NCBI GenBank assembly: GCA_965204725.1
Contig: OZ242005.1
Coordinates: forward strand, 2,304,001-2,368,000
Reading direction: 5' to 3'
DNA length: 64,000 nt
From: Candidatus Latescibacterota bacterium
Lineage (GTDB): Bacteria; Latescibacterota; UBA2968; UBA8231
Numbering within the stretch: the stretch's first letter is position 1; every line of letters begins with the position of its first letter. Position numbers and translations under genes: made by a program. Positions 32,701 to 43,374 of the stretch are shown here, one piece after another. Below the pieces are notes generated by a model. The model was not told the origin of the DNA. It did not search any database and worked only from the letters and a program-made list of their open reading frames with translations.

Positions 32701-33813
32701 GGCCATTCCCTTGGGTAAGCCGCACTGGTACAGCTTGAGTTCGGGACCGACGACAATGACTGAGCGGCCCGAATAATCGACGCGCTTGCCCAGCAAGTTT
32801 TGGCGAAAACGGCCCTGCTTACCCTTGAGCAGATCACTGAGCGACTTGAGCGAGCGATTGCCGTCGCCGCGCACAGCCCGCGAGCGACGCCCGTTGTCGA
32901 AGAGGGCGTCAACGGCTTCTTGGAGCATCCTCTTCTCATTGCGCAGAATGACCTCGGGCGCCTTGATGTTGATCAGCTTCTTCAAGCGGTTGTTGCGATT
33001 GATGACCCGGCGGTAGAGGTCGTTGAGATCGGAAGTGGCGAAGCGACCGCCCTCTAAGGGCACCAAGGGGCGCAGATCCGGCGGAATGACCGGAATGTTG
33101 TCGAGAATCATCCACTCGGGCCGGTTTTCAGACTGGCGGAAGGCCTCGACGACCTTGAGGCGCTTGAGTGCTTCTTGCTTGCGTTGGATCGAACTCTCCA
33201 TCCTGACCAAGGTTCGCAATTCGGCCGAGAGCTCTTCGATATCGATCTGCTCTAAGAGGCGCTTGACTGCGGGTGCTCCCATCTCGACCTCGGGATCGCC
33301 GCCCGCTTCCTGTACCTCCATGAGCTCCTCTTCAGTCAAAAGCTGGAACTTCTCTACGGGTGCGTCCCGCGGATCGATGACAACATAGGACTCGTAGTAG
33401 AGGATGCGCTCTAGGTTGCGCATCGAGATGTCGAGTAGGGCCCCGATGCGCGAAGGCAGCGATTTGAAATACCAGATGTGGGAAACCTGTACGGCGAGCT
33501 CAATGTGGCCAAGGCGCTCGCGGCGAACCTTGACCTGCGTGACCTCAACGCCGCAACGATCGCATACTATGCCTCGATAGCGGATGCCCTTGTACTTGCC
33601 GCAGTGGCAATTCCAGTCCTTGACCGGACCGAAGATGCGTTCGCAGAACAACCCGTCGCGCTCCGGTTTGAAGGAGCGATAGTTGATCGTCTCAGGCTTA
33701 GTGACTTCACCTTGTGACCAGGCGCGAATGGTCTCGGGCGAAGCGAGCTGAATGCGGATGGAATCGAAATCAATCGGTTTGCGCGATGCATTGACAGTCT
33801 GTAACACGGGCAC
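29713..33813 (-). CDS. rpoC: RNA polymerase beta' subunit
   Basis: [31 protein letters not shown]. Confidence 0.99.
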   Translation of the reverse strand: MPVLQTVNASRKPIDFDSIRIQLASPETIRAWSQGEVTKPETINYRSFKPERDGLFCERIFGPVKDWNCHCGKYKGIRYRGIVCDRCGVEVTQVKVRRERLGHIELAVQVSHIWYFKSLPSRIGALLDISMRNLERILYYESYVVIDPRDAPVEKFQLLTEEELMEVQEAGGDPEVEMGAPAVKRLLEQIDIEELSAELRTLVRMESSIQRKQEALKRLKVVEAFRQSENRPEWMILDNIPVIPPDLRPLVPLEGGRFATSDLNDLYRRVINRNNRLKKLINIKAPEVILRNEKRMLQEAVDALFDNGRRSRAVRGDGNRSLKSLSDLLKGKQGRFRQNLLGKRVDYSGRSVIVVGPELKLYQCGLPKGMALELFKPFVIKKLEEKGLVQTVKSAKKLVERERPEVWDILEEIIRDHCVLLNRAPTLHKLGIQAFQPILVEGKAIRLHPLVCAAFNADFDGDQMAVHVPLSFESQIEARLLMLSTNNILKPADGEPVIMDNPQDIVLGSYYLTKTRFSEKGEVERNFANKTEAVAAFEAGRITLHQPIVVCIEGEMVKTTVGRLLFNEVLPEEIGFINRTVDKGDIKKITADVHRLLGNRRTAEFVDQLKNMGYHYATLAGVSIAVDDVVVPPTKTKLIDGALKEVEKVRDQYANGIITDGERYNKIIDIWTHATSEVSRAVQKTLEDAEEGFNSVYVMKDSGARGSEDQIKQLGGMRGLMNKPQKKLTGAVGEIIETPIIASFKEGLSVLEYFISTHGARKGLADTALKTAEAGYLTRRMVDVAQDVVISEEDCMTSQGLNTGALKDGEEVIEPLADRIVGRVLQEDALDADDNVVARAGALLEEEDANRIAQAGIEEVLIRSVLTCESERGVCIKCYGRNMATGRVVNVGEAVGVVAAQSIGEPGTQLTLRTFHIGGTASRIAEQSQITARRAGRVQFSDVDPVQNPTAGVTVVGRNGEIGLLDEQNRVRSSINVPYGAVLKVEDGEQVEMGQVLYEWDPYNNVILTDRPGRIKFNDIIAGVTMREEFDESTGMSVRGIVEQRDRSLSPQIEIEIEEDGQRTGARSYIIPVGARLLVEDGEQVEPGQVLVKIPRERSKTRDITGGLPRVAELFEARRPKEPAVISEIDGTVSFGGLVRGNRELFVTPLDGEKKKYSVPYGKHLRVHEGDRVEAGERLSEGSVNPHDILRVQGVNKVQEYLVNEIQDVYRLQAVEINDKHIEVIVKQMLQKVRIIDPGDTNFLEGEEVDKIRFNRENDKVLYEGGDPATCQPILLGITRASLRTDSFISAASFQETTRVLTEAAVQGKIDHLRGLKENVIIGRLIPAGTGTTSYQDITYESLEPEGNGKAELAEVATAETGVLGE

Positions 33814-33845
33814 CCCCTTTGCGCTTTATGCACATGCTCTGCGAT

Positions 33846-36800
33846 TCAATACGTCTCGACGATCCTGCTGTCTTCAAGGATCACATCCAGACACAAACTC
33901 TGTAGCTCCTTAACCAGCACATTGAACGATTCTGGAATGCCTGGTTCGGGTGGATTCTCTCCTTTCACAATGGCCTCGTATATCTTGGAACGCCCGGCGA
34001 CGTCGTCGGATTTGACAGTCAGCATCTCTTGCAGCGTGTAGGCTGAACCGTAGGCTTCCAAGGCCCACACTTCCATCTCGCCAAAGCGCTGGCCGCCAAA
34101 CTGGGCCTTGCCCCCCAAGGGCTGCTGCGTGACCAGCGAGTATGGCCCGATGGAGCGGGCGTGAATTTTGTCGGCGACCAAGTGCGACAGCTTTAACATG
34201 TATATGTAGCCCACGGTCACTCGCTTGTCTAGCTTGTTGCCGGTCCGCCCATCGTAGAGCACTTGTTTGCCGTCGTCGGGCATCCCAGCCTCGCCGAGCA
34301 TATCCCGGACCTCATCGAGGGATGCCCCGTCGAAAACCGGGGTCGCCACATGCATATTTAAGGCGTCGGCCGCCATGCCCAGATGGGTTTCAAATATCTG
34401 GCCCAAGTTCATGCGCGAAGGCACTCCCAAAGGGTTGAGGGCGATATCCACGGGCGTACCGTCCTCGAGAAAGGGCATATCCTCCTCCGGCGCGATGTAC
34501 GCGACGACCCCCTTGTTGCCGTGGCGGCCGGCCATCTTATCGCCGACCGAGAGCTTGCGCTTCTTGGCCACATAGACCTTGACGAGCTGCGCGATGCCCG
34601 GCGGCAGCTCATCGCCGCGCGTGATGCGCTCTAGTTGGCGCTCGGTTTGCTCGTCAACCAGCTTTAACTGCTCGTCGGCATAGCGCAAAAGTTCGGCGAC
34701 TTCGCCGCTGACTTTGGGGTCTGTGGTCCAGCCTTCTTCGGGTTGCAGCGTGGAGAAATCTTCACCCACCCGTTCGAGCAGCCGCTGGCTCAACTGAGTG
34801 CCTTTGCGGACCTTCAGCTCGCCGTCTTGGGAGTATAAGTTGCCCAACTTGACGTTCCCCACCACCTCCAGCAACCTAGCGTTGCGTTGGGCTATCAGGG
34901 TCTCCTTGCGCTCGGCCGATTCTTTCTCGCATGCGTCGATGCTCTCTCGACGCCGGGATGGATTGCCTCGCTCGCGGCGCGAGAAAACCTTGCGGTCAAT
35001 GACCACGCCCTCCATGCCGGGGGGCGCTTTCAGCGATGCATCGCGGACATCCCCGGCCTTCTCGCCGAAAATGGCCCGCAAGAGCCGCTCTTCGGGCGAT
35101 AGCTCGCTCTCGCCCTTAGGCGTCACTTTGCCGACTAGAATATCGCCGGGGCCGACCTCGGCTCCAATGCGAATAATACCCTCGTCATCGAGGTTGCGCA
35201 CCGCTCCTTCGCTGACGTTGGGAATCTCTCGGGTGATTTCCTCTTGACCGCGTTTGGTGTCGCGCACTTGGAGCTCAAATTCCTCAATGTGTACGGAAGT
35301 GAAAATGTCCTTTTTGAGGAGGCGCTCGCTGACGACGATGGCATCTTCAAAGTTGTAGCCATTCCAAGGCATGAAGGCAACCAAGACATTCACGCCTAGG
35401 GCCAAGTCGCCCCGATCCGTAGCAGCACCATCAGCCAAGGGCTGGCCGGTCTGTATCTTGTCGCCGACTTGGACCAAGGGCCGCTGATTGATGCAGCAGT
35501 CTTGGTTGGAGCGGGCGAACTTGATCAGCTTGTATTCGTCGGTGTCCGCAGAATCCAATGGGGTCAGCCGCGTACTGCGCTTCTTGTCGCGGCGCACGAC
35601 AATGCGCTTGGCATCAACGCTGACCACCGTGCCGGGGTTGCGGGCTACGATGATCGCGCCCGAATCGAGCGCGACCTTGCTCTCCATCCCGGTGCCGACA
35701 TAAGGGGCTTGAGTAAAAAGCAACGGCACTGCTTGGCGCTGCATGTTGGATCCCATGAGCGCTCGATTGGCGTCGTCGTGTTCGAGGAAGGGTATTAGGG
35801 CCGCGGCCCCACTGACGAGCTGATTGGGCGATACGTCCATGTAGTCGAGCTCGTCGGGGGTTACCATGGGATAATCATCCCGCTTGCGGGCTTTGACCAA
35901 TGGGTTTTTGAACTTGCCCTTGTCGTCGATGGGCGCATTGGCTTGGGCGATGATGTATCTGTCTTCTTCGGCCGCCGTCAGAAATTCGATCTCATTTGTC
36001 GCCTTGCCGTTTATCACCTTGCGGTACGGCGTCTCCAAAAAGCCGAAGGAATTGACTCGGGCATAGGTGCTCAACGAGGAGATTAGGCCGATGTTGGGGC
36101 CTTCGGGCGTCTCGATGGGGCATATCCGGCCGTAGTGCGTATAATGCACATCCCGCACTTCAAAACCAGCGCGGTCGCGGCTCAGGCCCCCCGGGCCGAG
36201 GGCACTAAGGCGGCGCTTGTGAGTCAACTCGTCGAGCGGATTGGTCTGTTGTATAAACTGCGAGAGTTGGCTCGAACCGAAGAACGCTTGGACCACGGTC
36301 GAAACCGTGCGCGCATTGACTAAGTCGTGCGGCGTGATCTGGTCCTCGTCGCGCAGATTCATGCGCTCGCGAATAGTCCGCGCCATGCGCGTCAGGCCGA
36401 TGCCCAACTGGTTGGCGAGTAATTCGCCGACCAAGCGCACGCGGCGATTACCCAAGTGATCGATATCGTCGGTATTGCCCTGCCCTACCCGCAATCCCAA
36501 TAGGTAGTGGATTATCGCCATGAAATCCTCTAGATGCAGCACCGTACTCTCGAAGGGAATTCCCACGTCCAACCGGCGGTTGATGCGATAGCGACCCACA
36601 TCGCCTAGGTTGTAGCGCTTGGCGTTGAAGAAGAGGCGATCGAGCAATTCGCGCACGGTGGCGATATTGGGCGGATCGCCGGGACGCAGCAGGTTGTAGA
36701 TGCGCGTGAGAGCATCTTCCTCGCCTTCGCTCGGGTCCTTTTCGAGCGTTTTTTCTATGACCCCGGGATCCTTATCCGACGGGGCGGCCAAAACCTTTAG

Positions 36801-37634
36801 CTTCTCGATATTGGCTTCCTGTAGCCCGGTTAGTTTTTCGCGGCTTATCTTATCGTAGGCATCCAATAAAATTTCGCCGCTATCTTCATCGACGATGTCC
36901 GCGCCACCGTTGTAGCGATCGAGCAACTCTTCGTCTAAAACCTCCTCGACCTCTTCGCGGAACAGACTGAGAATTTCGCCGTCTTTAGAGCAGCCAAGGG
37001 CCTTCAAGAGCGCGGTCACCGGCAGTTTGCGCCGCCGGTCAATATGCACGTACATGATGTCGTTGATGTCCATGCTGAACTCTAGCCACATCCCCTTGTT
37101 GTAGGGGAGGATCCGCGCCGAGAACAGCCGCTTGCCATTGGGGTGCAAGGTCTCGTCGAAGAACACCCCAGGCGAGCGATGCAACTGGCTGACGACTGCG
37201 CGTTCGGCCCCGTTGATAATAAACGTGCCCTCGCTGGTCATCAGGGGCAGTTCGCCCAGAAATACGGCCTGTTCGACCACGTCCTTGACCGGGCGGTCCT
37301 CGATTTCCTTGTCGCGGGTCACGAGGCGCAGAGTCGCCCGCAACGGGGCGGCGAAAGTCATATCCCGCTCGCGGCATTCCTCTTCGCTGTAGCGGGGGTT
37401 GCCAATGGAGTAGCTGACGTATTCGAGAGAGTATATTCCATGGACATCAGTGACCGGAAAAATACTCTGGAAGACTAGGTGCAAACCGCGCCGCTGGCGC
37501 TGATGGGGCTGGACGGAGAGTTGCAGGAAGTCCTCGAAGGAGTCAAGCTGAACTGAAAGCAGGTTGGGCATCTCTACGGCTTCTTTGATTTTGCCAAAAG
37601 AGTGCCGTTTAATACTGCCGTTCGTCTTTGCCAA
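33846..37634 (-). CDS. rpoB: RNA polymerase beta subunit
   Basis: [34 protein letters not shown]; TTG start after GAGGAG. Confidence 0.99.
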   Translation of the reverse strand: MAKTNGSIKRHSFGKIKEAVEMPNLLSVQLDSFEDFLQLSVQPHQRQRRGLHLVFQSIFPVTDVHGIYSLEYVSYSIGNPRYSEEECRERDMTFAAPLRATLRLVTRDKEIEDRPVKDVVEQAVFLGELPLMTSEGTFIINGAERAVVSQLHRSPGVFFDETLHPNGKRLFSARILPYNKGMWLEFSMDINDIMYVHIDRRRKLPVTALLKALGCSKDGEILSLFREEVEEVLDEELLDRYNGGADIVDEDSGEILLDAYDKISREKLTGLQEANIEKLKVLAAPSDKDPGVIEKTLEKDPSEGEEDALTRIYNLLRPGDPPNIATVRELLDRLFFNAKRYNLGDVGRYRINRRLDVGIPFESTVLHLEDFMAIIHYLLGLRVGQGNTDDIDHLGNRRVRLVGELLANQLGIGLTRMARTIRERMNLRDEDQITPHDLVNARTVSTVVQAFFGSSQLSQFIQQTNPLDELTHKRRLSALGPGGLSRDRAGFEVRDVHYTHYGRICPIETPEGPNIGLISSLSTYARVNSFGFLETPYRKVINGKATNEIEFLTAAEEDRYIIAQANAPIDDKGKFKNPLVKARKRDDYPMVTPDELDYMDVSPNQLVSGAAALIPFLEHDDANRALMGSNMQRQAVPLLFTQAPYVGTGMESKVALDSGAIIVARNPGTVVSVDAKRIVVRRDKKRSTRLTPLDSADTDEYKLIKFARSNQDCCINQRPLVQVGDKIQTGQPLADGAATDRGDLALGVNVLVAFMPWNGYNFEDAIVVSERLLKKDIFTSVHIEEFELQVRDTKRGQEEITREIPNVSEGAVRNLDDEGIIRIGAEVGPGDILVGKVTPKGESELSPEERLLRAIFGEKAGDVRDASLKAPPGMEGVVIDRKVFSRRERGNPSRRRESIDACEKESAERKETLIAQRNARLLEVVGNVKLGNLYSQDGELKVRKGTQLSQRLLERVGEDFSTLQPEEGWTTDPKVSGEVAELLRYADEQLKLVDEQTERQLERITRGDELPPGIAQLVKVYVAKKRKLSVGDKMAGRHGNKGVVAYIAPEEDMPFLEDGTPVDIALNPLGVPSRMNLGQIFETHLGMAADALNMHVATPVFDGASLDEVRDMLGEAGMPDDGKQVLYDGRTGNKLDKRVTVGYIYMLKLSHLVADKIHARSIGPYSLVTQQPLGGKAQFGGQRFGEMEVWALEAYGSAYTLQEMLTVKSDDVAGRSKIYEAIVKGENPPEPGIPESFNVLVKELQSLCLDVILEDSRIVETY

Positions 37635-37670
37635 AGTCCAACTCCTCAATTTGTGGTTTAAGGCAAATAC

Positions 37671-37700
37671 TCATGGAGCTATCGGCCAATAGCTCCATGA
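37671..37700. terminator. Perfect hairpin between rplL and rpoB (possible attenuator)
   Basis: TCATGGAGCTAT-N6-ATAGCTCCATGA 12-bp stem with a weak U-tract. Confidence 0.5.
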
Positions 37701-37758
37701 ATGTGCGCTGCAAAAAAGCAGGTATGAATTAACGAGCTACTATATTCGCAGCAGTCTT

Positions 37759-38169
37759 CTATTGGAGTTCTACCGTGGCTCCGACATCCTGCAATCGGCT
37801 CTGAATTTCTTCGGCTTCTTCCTTGGTCACTCCTTCCTTGACGGGCTTGGGGGCCTCGTCGACTAGCGCTTTGGCCTCTTTCAGCCCTAGGCTGGTGATC
37901 TCGCGGACGACCTTAATGGCTTGAATTTTCTTCTCGCCGGCACTCGTGAGCACGACGTCAAAGGAATCCTTCACCTCAGCGGCCTCTTCGCCGCCGCCAT
38001 CGCCGGGCATTGCGCCAGCTATCATTACAGGTGCTGAGGCCGACACGCCGAACTTATCTTCGAGGGCTTTGACCAATTCGGCCAGCTCTAGGACGGTCAG
38101 GCCGCCGATGGTCTCAATGATTTCGCCTACCTTGCTGTTGGCGACGGTGGCAGTGGTTTCTTCGGTCAT
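37759..38169 (-). CDS. rplL: 50S ribosomal protein L7/L12
   Basis: [25 protein letters not shown]. Confidence 0.97.
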   Translation of the reverse strand: MTEETTATVANSKVGEIIETIGGLTVLELAELVKALEDKFGVSASAPVMIAGAMPGDGGGEEAAEVKDSFDVVLTSAGEKKIQAIKVVREITSLGLKEAKALVDEAPKPVKEGVTKEEAEEIQSRLQDVGATVELQ

Positions 38170-38227
38170 GGGATACAGCCTCCTATATCCGTATTTGATT
38201 TGAGTTTGTTAAAGGAACGAATGGGAA

Positions 38228-38761
38228 TCAGGCGTTTTCCCCGCCTTCTACCCGTTGCTTTTCGATAGCCGACAACGCGCCGACCAAGCCTCTGAGCAAC
38301 CCGCTCAAGACACCGCTCAGCCCGTAAAGCGGACTCTGGGCACTAGCGGCTACCTTGCCTAGCAATTCTTCCCTAGAGGGCAGCTTGGCTAATGCCTCGA
38401 CTCTATCGGCGGCGAGGACTTCGCCTTCCATAAAGCCGGTCTTGATCTGAATTTTGCCACCATCGGCGCCAAAATCTTGCAGAATTTTGGCTGGTGCGAT
38501 GGGATCTTCTTTTGAATAGGCTATCGCCGTAGGCCCGGTGAAATGCTCTTTGAGGCCGGCGATACCCACTTCCTCGGCCGCGCGAATGGCCAAGCGATTT
38601 TTGATCACTTGGTATTGAACCTCACCCTCGCGCAGCTTGTTGCGTAGCTCGGTCACTGCCGCTACGTCAATACCCGTAAAGTCGGCTAAATAAAAGCCCT
38701 TTGCCTCGGCCATAATGGCCTTCAACTCTTCTACTTTCGCTTCTTTCTCGGCCGTCGCCAT
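38228..38761 (-). CDS. rplJ: 50S ribosomal protein L10
   Basis: VIKNRLA, GPTAIA, LAKLPSREEL. Confidence 0.95.
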   Translation of the reverse strand: MATAEKEAKVEELKAIMAEAKGFYLADFTGIDVAAVTELRNKLREGEVQYQVIKNRLAIRAAEEVGIAGLKEHFTGPTAIAYSKEDPIAPAKILQDFGADGGKIQIKTGFMEGEVLAADRVEALAKLPSREELLGKVAASAQSPLYGLSGVLSGLLRGLVGALSAIEKQRVEGGENA

Positions 38762-38777
38762 AGTACAGGAGCTTTCT

Positions 38778-39476
38778 TTAGGCAGCGAACTGGGCGCGGT
38801 CGATCTTGATGCCCGGCCCGATTGCCGACGAGAGGACTAGCTTGCGAATGTACTGCCCTTTTGCCGCAGCCGGCTTGGCGCGCCAAATGGCATCGGTAAA
38901 CGCTTGGGCGTTTTCGATTAGTGCCTGCTCGGTAAAGGACAGCTTGCCGATGGGGCCTTGGGCGTTGTTGCCGGACTTGCTGTCGGCGCGGTATTCAATG
39001 CGGCCAGCCTTGGCCTCGCGGACGGCTTGAGCCACTTCGCGCGTTACCGTGCCGGTCTTGGGATTGGGCATCAAGCCTCGCGGCCCCAAGATCCTCCCCA
39101 GTTTACCTACCTGCCCCATCATATCTGGCGAGGCGATGACTAGGTCGAAATCGAGCCAACCGCCTTGGATTTCCTCGGCCATATCGGCTCCGCCGACAAA
39201 ATCGGCCCCGGCGTCTTGGGCCTCCTGCACGAGCGGCCCTTGGGTAATGACTAAGACCCGGAGTTCCTTCCCCGTGCCGTGGGGCAACATCACCGTGCCG
39301 CGCAGCGTTTGATCGGCTTGGCGACCATCGATCCCCAGATGGCAACAAAGCTCGATGGTCGGGTCGTAATTGCACGTTGGGAACCCCTTGAGGAGCTTGA
39401 TTCCCTCTCCCCACGAGTAGGCTTTGTCGCGGTCGAAAGACGCCAAGGCGTTCCTGTATTTTTTTCCTCTGGCCAT
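38778..39476 (-). CDS. rplA: 50S ribosomal protein L1
   Basis: LPHGTGK, LGPRGLMPNPKTGTV. Confidence 0.97.
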   Translation of the reverse strand: MARGKKYRNALASFDRDKAYSWGEGIKLLKGFPTCNYDPTIELCCHLGIDGRQADQTLRGTVMLPHGTGKELRVLVITQGPLVQEAQDAGADFVGGADMAEEIQGGWLDFDLVIASPDMMGQVGKLGRILGPRGLMPNPKTGTVTREVAQAVREAKAGRIEYRADSKSGNNAQGPIGKLSFTEQALIENAQAFTDAIWRAKPAAAKGQYIRKLVLSSAIGPGIKIDRAQFAA

Positions 39477-39514
39477 ATCCTAAACCTCATTATGAGGGTT
39501 GCGATGCGAAGCAA

Positions 39515-39937
39515 CTACTCGATTAAGATCCCCATGCTGCGGGCCGTCCCCGCGATCATCGACATCGCGGCTTCCATTGAGGCCGCGTTCAAATCGGGCA
39601 TTTTCAATTCGGCGATTTCGCGCACTTGGTCTATAGATACAACGCCGATGCGGTCCCTGTTGGGTACGCCCGACCCCTTGGGCTGTCCCGCAGCCCGCAA
39701 AAGTAGCACCGCAGCCGGCGGCGTCTTGGTGATAAACGAGAACGTGCGGTCGACGTACACCGTAATGATCACGGGAATAATCAACCCCTGCTGGTCTTGG
39801 GTCTGGGCATTGAAGGCCTTGCAGAATTCCATGATGTTGACGCCGTGTTGGCCTAGGGCCGGACCAACGGGTGGTGTTGGATTCGCCTGACCGGCTGGAA
39901 CCTGCAATTTAATTTGGGCTATTTCCTTTTTGGCCAT
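39515..39937 (-). CDS. rplK: 50S ribosomal protein L11
   Basis: [19 protein letters not shown]. Confidence 0.98.
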   Translation of the reverse strand: MAKKEIAQIKLQVPAGQANPTPPVGPALGQHGVNIMEFCKAFNAQTQDQQGLIIPVIITVYVDRTFSFITKTPPAAVLLLRAAGQPKGSGVPNRDRIGVVSIDQVREIAELKMPDLNAASMEAAMSMIAGTARSMGILIE

Positions 39938-39958
39938 TTAGTTATATCCCTGTGAAAA

Positions 39959-40504
39959 TCAGCCGACCGTCTCTTGGACCGGCTCGACCTGCAACACGTC
40001 CAATTCCACTGATGTGCCGCGCCCAAAAATGCTCACCATAATTTTCAATCGGCGCTTCTCCGGCAGCACCTCCTGCACGGTGCCGATAAAATCCTTGAAC
40101 GCGCCATCGTTGACCTTGACCTGATCGTCAACGGCAAAGGGAATCTCTTCGAGCTCTTGGTCTTTGCGGCGGTCGGCGTGCCCCAAGATGCGATCGACTT
40201 CCTCCTGCCGCAGCGGTTGCGGCTTGCGCGCTGGGCCGACGAAATTGGTCACCCCGGGAATGTTGGTTACTTGGTACCAAGCGTCCTTGGACATTTCCAT
40301 TTCCACCAGCACATAACTAGGCAAAAAGCGCTTCCTAGTCTTGGTTTTCTTGCCGGCACGGAGTTCAACCACTTCCTCGGTCGGCACAACGACCTGAGCA
40401 ATTGCACCATTGGCAGCCCCCGACTCAATGAGCGACTCCAAGTAGGTCTTTACTTTATTTTCGTGCCCCGAATACGTATGTAAAGCGTACCAGCACTGTG
40501 CCAT
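39959..40504 (-). CDS. nusG: Transcription termination/antitermination factor NusG
   Basis: WYALHTYSGHE, PGVTNFVG, KOW motif, VSIFGR. Confidence 0.95.
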   Translation of the reverse strand: MAQCWYALHTYSGHENKVKTYLESLIESGAANGAIAQVVVPTEEVVELRAGKKTKTRKRFLPSYVLVEMEMSKDAWYQVTNIPGVTNFVGPARKPQPLRQEEVDRILGHADRRKDQELEEIPFAVDDQVKVNDGAFKDFIGTVQEVLPEKRRLKIMVSIFGRGTSVELDVLQVEPVQETVG

Positions 40505-40602
40505 GGCTTCAATCCGGTGTTGGCCCTCGTTTGCCGAGCGTAAACAAGGAAAAGAAGCGGTGCATGTATGCGCCGCTTCCCTTAGAAAGGCCCTAGCGAG
40601 AA

Positions 40603-40791
40603 TTACTGCCCTAAAAGTATTCCCCAAACAAAGGAGATAATCAGGTCGAACATGCCAATAAAAACCGCAAAGACCGCCGAAAAGACTAATACCACTCCAG
40701 TGGAACTGACCAAATCCTCGCGCGTAGGCCAACTCACTTTGGAGAATTCGGTCCGCACATCTTTGACGAAATTAGTAAGTTTATTCCACAT
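40603..40791 (-). CDS. secE: Preprotein translocase SecE
   Basis: EFSKVSWPT plus one TM helix; lies between tRNA-Trp and nusG. Confidence 0.93.
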   Translation of the reverse strand: MWNKLTNFVKDVRTEFSKVSWPTREDLVSSTGVVLVFSAVFAVFIGMFDLIISFVWGILLGQ

Positions 40792-40812
40792 CCGTTCCCT
40801 AATGCAGAAGCC

Positions 40813-40888
40813 TGGCAGGGCAGACAGGACTTGAACCTGCAACCGCCGGTTTTGGAGACCGGAGCTCTACCAATTGAGCTACTGCCCT
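40813..40888 (-). tRNA. tRNA-Trp (CCA)
   Basis: Cloverleaf AGGGCAG...CT-CCA-AA...GGTTCAAGT...CCA. Confidence 0.95.
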
Positions 40889-40892
40889 ATGC

Positions 40893-41045
40893 CTAGCGGG
40901 CTTCCTTGTGGGCCGTGTGCTTGTGGCAAAAGCGGCAATATTTTTTGTACTCCACGCGGCTTGGTTGGCTTCGTCTATTTTTAGTCGTTGTGTAATTTTG
41001 CTGGCTGCATACTTCGCACTCCAGCTTTATTTGATCTCTTGGCAT
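40893..41045 (-). CDS. rpmG: 50S ribosomal protein L33 (cysteine-containing type)
   Basis: Manual translation MPRDQIKLECEVC...NYTTTKN...KKYCRFCHKHTAHKEAR. Confidence 0.95.
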   Translation of the reverse strand: MPRDQIKLECEVCSQQNYTTTKNRRSQPSRVEYKKYCRFCHKHTAHKEAR

Positions 41046-41082
41046 CAGGAGTTGCCGTGTTTAGATGGAAGCACTAGGAAGG

Positions 41083-41158
<76 letters not shown>

Positions 41159-41176
41159 TGCAATTGTTTGGCGATC

Positions 41177-41253
41177 TGGAGCGGGAAACGGGACTCGAAC
41201 CCGCGACCCCGAGCTTGGAAGGCTCGCGCTCTAGCCAACTGAGCTATTCCCGC
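41177..41253 (-). tRNA. tRNA-Gly (TCC)
   Basis: GCGGGAATAGCTCAG...CT-TCC-AA...GGTTCGAGT...CCA. Confidence 0.95.
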
Positions 41254-41297
41254 TCGAGCCGGATTGATTGATGTCCGCGTTAATTTATAAGAGTTTG

Positions 41298-41326
41298 AAT
41301 ATATGACAGCTTTTTTAAGATGTCAA
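41298..41326 (-). promoter_or_regulatory. sigma70 promoter of the tRNA-rpmG-secE-nusG unit
   Basis: TTGACA-17 nt-TATATT. Confidence 0.75.
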
Positions 41327-41412
41327 GAAGCCTAGGCGCGGCTCCGAAACGCGAAACTCCCGCAGATGCGCGGGCCTTTTTGGGAATCGCCCAGTACGCT
41401 GAATACTTGCGT

Positions 41413-41883
41413 TCAGCGCGTGATTTTGACAATCCTGTAGTGTAGCTTGCCAACAGGCACTTCAATCTCGATTTCTTCCCCCACTTCGTGCCCGAGCAAC
41501 CCCCTGCCTATCGGCGAAACCGTGGAGATTTTCCCCGCTTCAAAATCCGCTTCCTCGGGAGCGACGAGCGTGTACGTAAGCTGTCGCGCCTTTGCAAGGT
41601 CCTCTAGCTCTACGGTAGCACCGATATAGACCTTGTCTTCTGGGATCGCCTCGTTTTCTAGCAGGCGGGCCCGGCTGAGTGTATCTTCGAGCTTGCCGAT
41701 GCGCTGCTCTAGGAAGAGCAACCTTTCTTTGGCTGCCGAATATTCGGCGTTCTCGGATAGGTCGCCAAATTCCCGCGCTCGCTGCAGCGCTTGGCGCACT
41801 GCCGGGCGTTCGGTCTCTTTGAGTCCCTTCAACTCGATCTGAAGTTTTTCGTAGCCTTCTCGCGAAAGATATACTTCACTCAT
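41413..41883 (-). CDS. greA: Transcription elongation factor GreA
   Basis: AREFGDLSENAEY, ISTVSPIGRGLLG. Confidence 0.95.
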   Translation of the reverse strand: MSEVYLSREGYEKLQIELKGLKETERPAVRQALQRAREFGDLSENAEYSAAKERLLFLEQRIGKLEDTLSRARLLENEAIPEDKVYIGATVELEDLAKARQLTYTLVAPEEADFEAGKISTVSPIGRGLLGHEVGEEIEIEVPVGKLHYRIVKITR

Positions 41884-41930
41884 TACCAAGCCTTTAGAGA
41901 AAACAACATGCGCCATGCGCTATTCAACAC

Positions 41931-41964
41931 AAAACAAAAGCGGAAGCGCACGACCGCTTCCGCT
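41931..41964 (-). terminator. Intrinsic terminator inside the greA leader
   Basis: AGCGGAAGCG-N6-CGCTTCCGCT stem followed by TTTGTTTT on the minus strand. Confidence 0.65.
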
Positions 41965-41977
41965 ACTCAAGTGAATT

Positions 41978-42006
41978 AATGTACAAAAAACGGTTCTCAG
42001 GTGCAA
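41978..42006 (-). promoter_or_regulatory. sigma70 promoter of greA
   Basis: TTGCAC-17 nt-TACATT. Confidence 0.6.
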
Positions 42007-42105
42007 GCTAAGGGACTTGCCCAAGTTCGTCACCCTCCTTTTAATAAATTTACGGATTTACAGACCGAGCCACCCCTTCCCAACCACAACGCACTCGCGC
42101 GTCTC

Positions 42106-43374
42106 ATGGCCTTGACACTCCTGCACTTTGCCGATCTGCATCTGGGCGTCGAAAACCACGGCGGCCTCGACCCAAGCACCGGCCTGCATTCGCGGGTTCA
42201 AGATTTTGCTGCCAGCCTAGAAGCCGTCTTCGACCTAGCCATTGAAAAGGCGGTTGATTTAGTCCTCTTCGCCGGCGACATGTACAAGAATTGCGATCCG
42301 ACCCCGACCCACCAGCGCGTCTTCGCCCGCCAGCTCCAGCGCCTGCAAGCGGCCCGCATCCCCATCGTGCTGGTGGTGGGCAACCACGACGCGCCGGGGG
42401 CTTTTGGCAAAGCCACTTCGGTTGACATTTTCAGCACCCTACAGCTAGAGAACACTCACGTCATCCGCCGCCCACAACTCCTGCGGATTGAGACGGCTCA
42501 CGGTCCCGTGCAAGTGGCCGGCCTGCCTTGGCCGACGCGCCATGCCCTACTCACCCGCGCTGAATACCGCGACCTGTCTATAGAGCAAATCCGCGCCGAG
42601 ATCCAAAAAATTTGCGCGGCCCAGATCGACGAGTATGCTCGGCAGCTCGACCCAAAGCTGCCGGGCATACTCGTCGCCCACCTCGCCGCGGCCGACGCCG
42701 TCTATTCTGGCGGCGAACGCACCGCTATCATCGGCCAAGACCCCGTTCTGCTCGCCAGCACTCTGGCCAATCCCGCCTACGACTACGTCGCCTTGGGGCA
42801 CATTCACAAATACCAAGACCTCAACTCCGGCCAACATCCACCCGTGATCTATTCGGGCAGCCTAGAGCGCATCGACTTCGGCGAGGAAGGCGAAGACAAG
42901 GGCTTCTGCCTCGTACGCATCGCCGAGGACGCGACCGCGCCGAGGGGTCGCACGACCACCTTTGAGTTCGTCCCCGTCCCGGCTCGGCGCTTTGCGACCA
43001 TCGAGCTAAAGGTGCTCGCTGGGCAAGACGCCACCGAGCGCATCGTCGCGGCCTGCGCCGGGGCCGATATAGCAGGCGCCGTAGTCCGCGTCCTCTACCA
43101 CCTGCCCGCTGGCTACGCCACACCAGTGGACTTACAACAGGTGCGGGAAGCACTCAAACCGGCCTTCCACGTCGCCTCCATCCAGCCGCGCTTTGCCCCG
43201 GAAAAGCTCCAACGCCGAGCTGAAATCAGCGAGGAGGCCGAGCTAGGCGACGCCCTCGACCGCTACATCGACAACAGCCCAGACCTGCAAGAACACCGGG
43301 CCGAGCTCAAAAACTACGCGCTCCGTCTAGAGCGCACGCTCGAATCGGGCCAACGCAACGGAGACGACGCATGA
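42106..43374 (+). CDS. sbcD: SbcD/Mre11 nuclease subunit
   Basis: HFADLHLG, AGDMY, VGNHD, LVAH, YVALGHIH, YSGS. Confidence 0.92.
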   Translation: MALTLLHFADLHLGVENHGGLDPSTGLHSRVQDFAASLEAVFDLAIEKAVDLVLFAGDMYKNCDPTPTHQRVFARQLQRLQAARIPIVLVVGNHDAPGAFGKATSVDIFSTLQLENTHVIRRPQLLRIETAHGPVQVAGLPWPTRHALLTRAEYRDLSIEQIRAEIQKICAAQIDEYARQLDPKLPGILVAHLAAADAVYSGGERTAIIGQDPVLLASTLANPAYDYVALGHIHKYQDLNSGQHPPVIYSGSLERIDFGEEGEDKGFCLVRIAEDATAPRGRTTTFEFVPVPARRFATIELKVLAGQDATERIVAACAGADIAGAVVRVLYHLPAGYATPVDLQQVREALKPAFHVASIQPRFAPEKLQRRAEISEEAELGDALDRYIDNSPDLQEHRAELKNYALRLERTLESGQRNGDDA

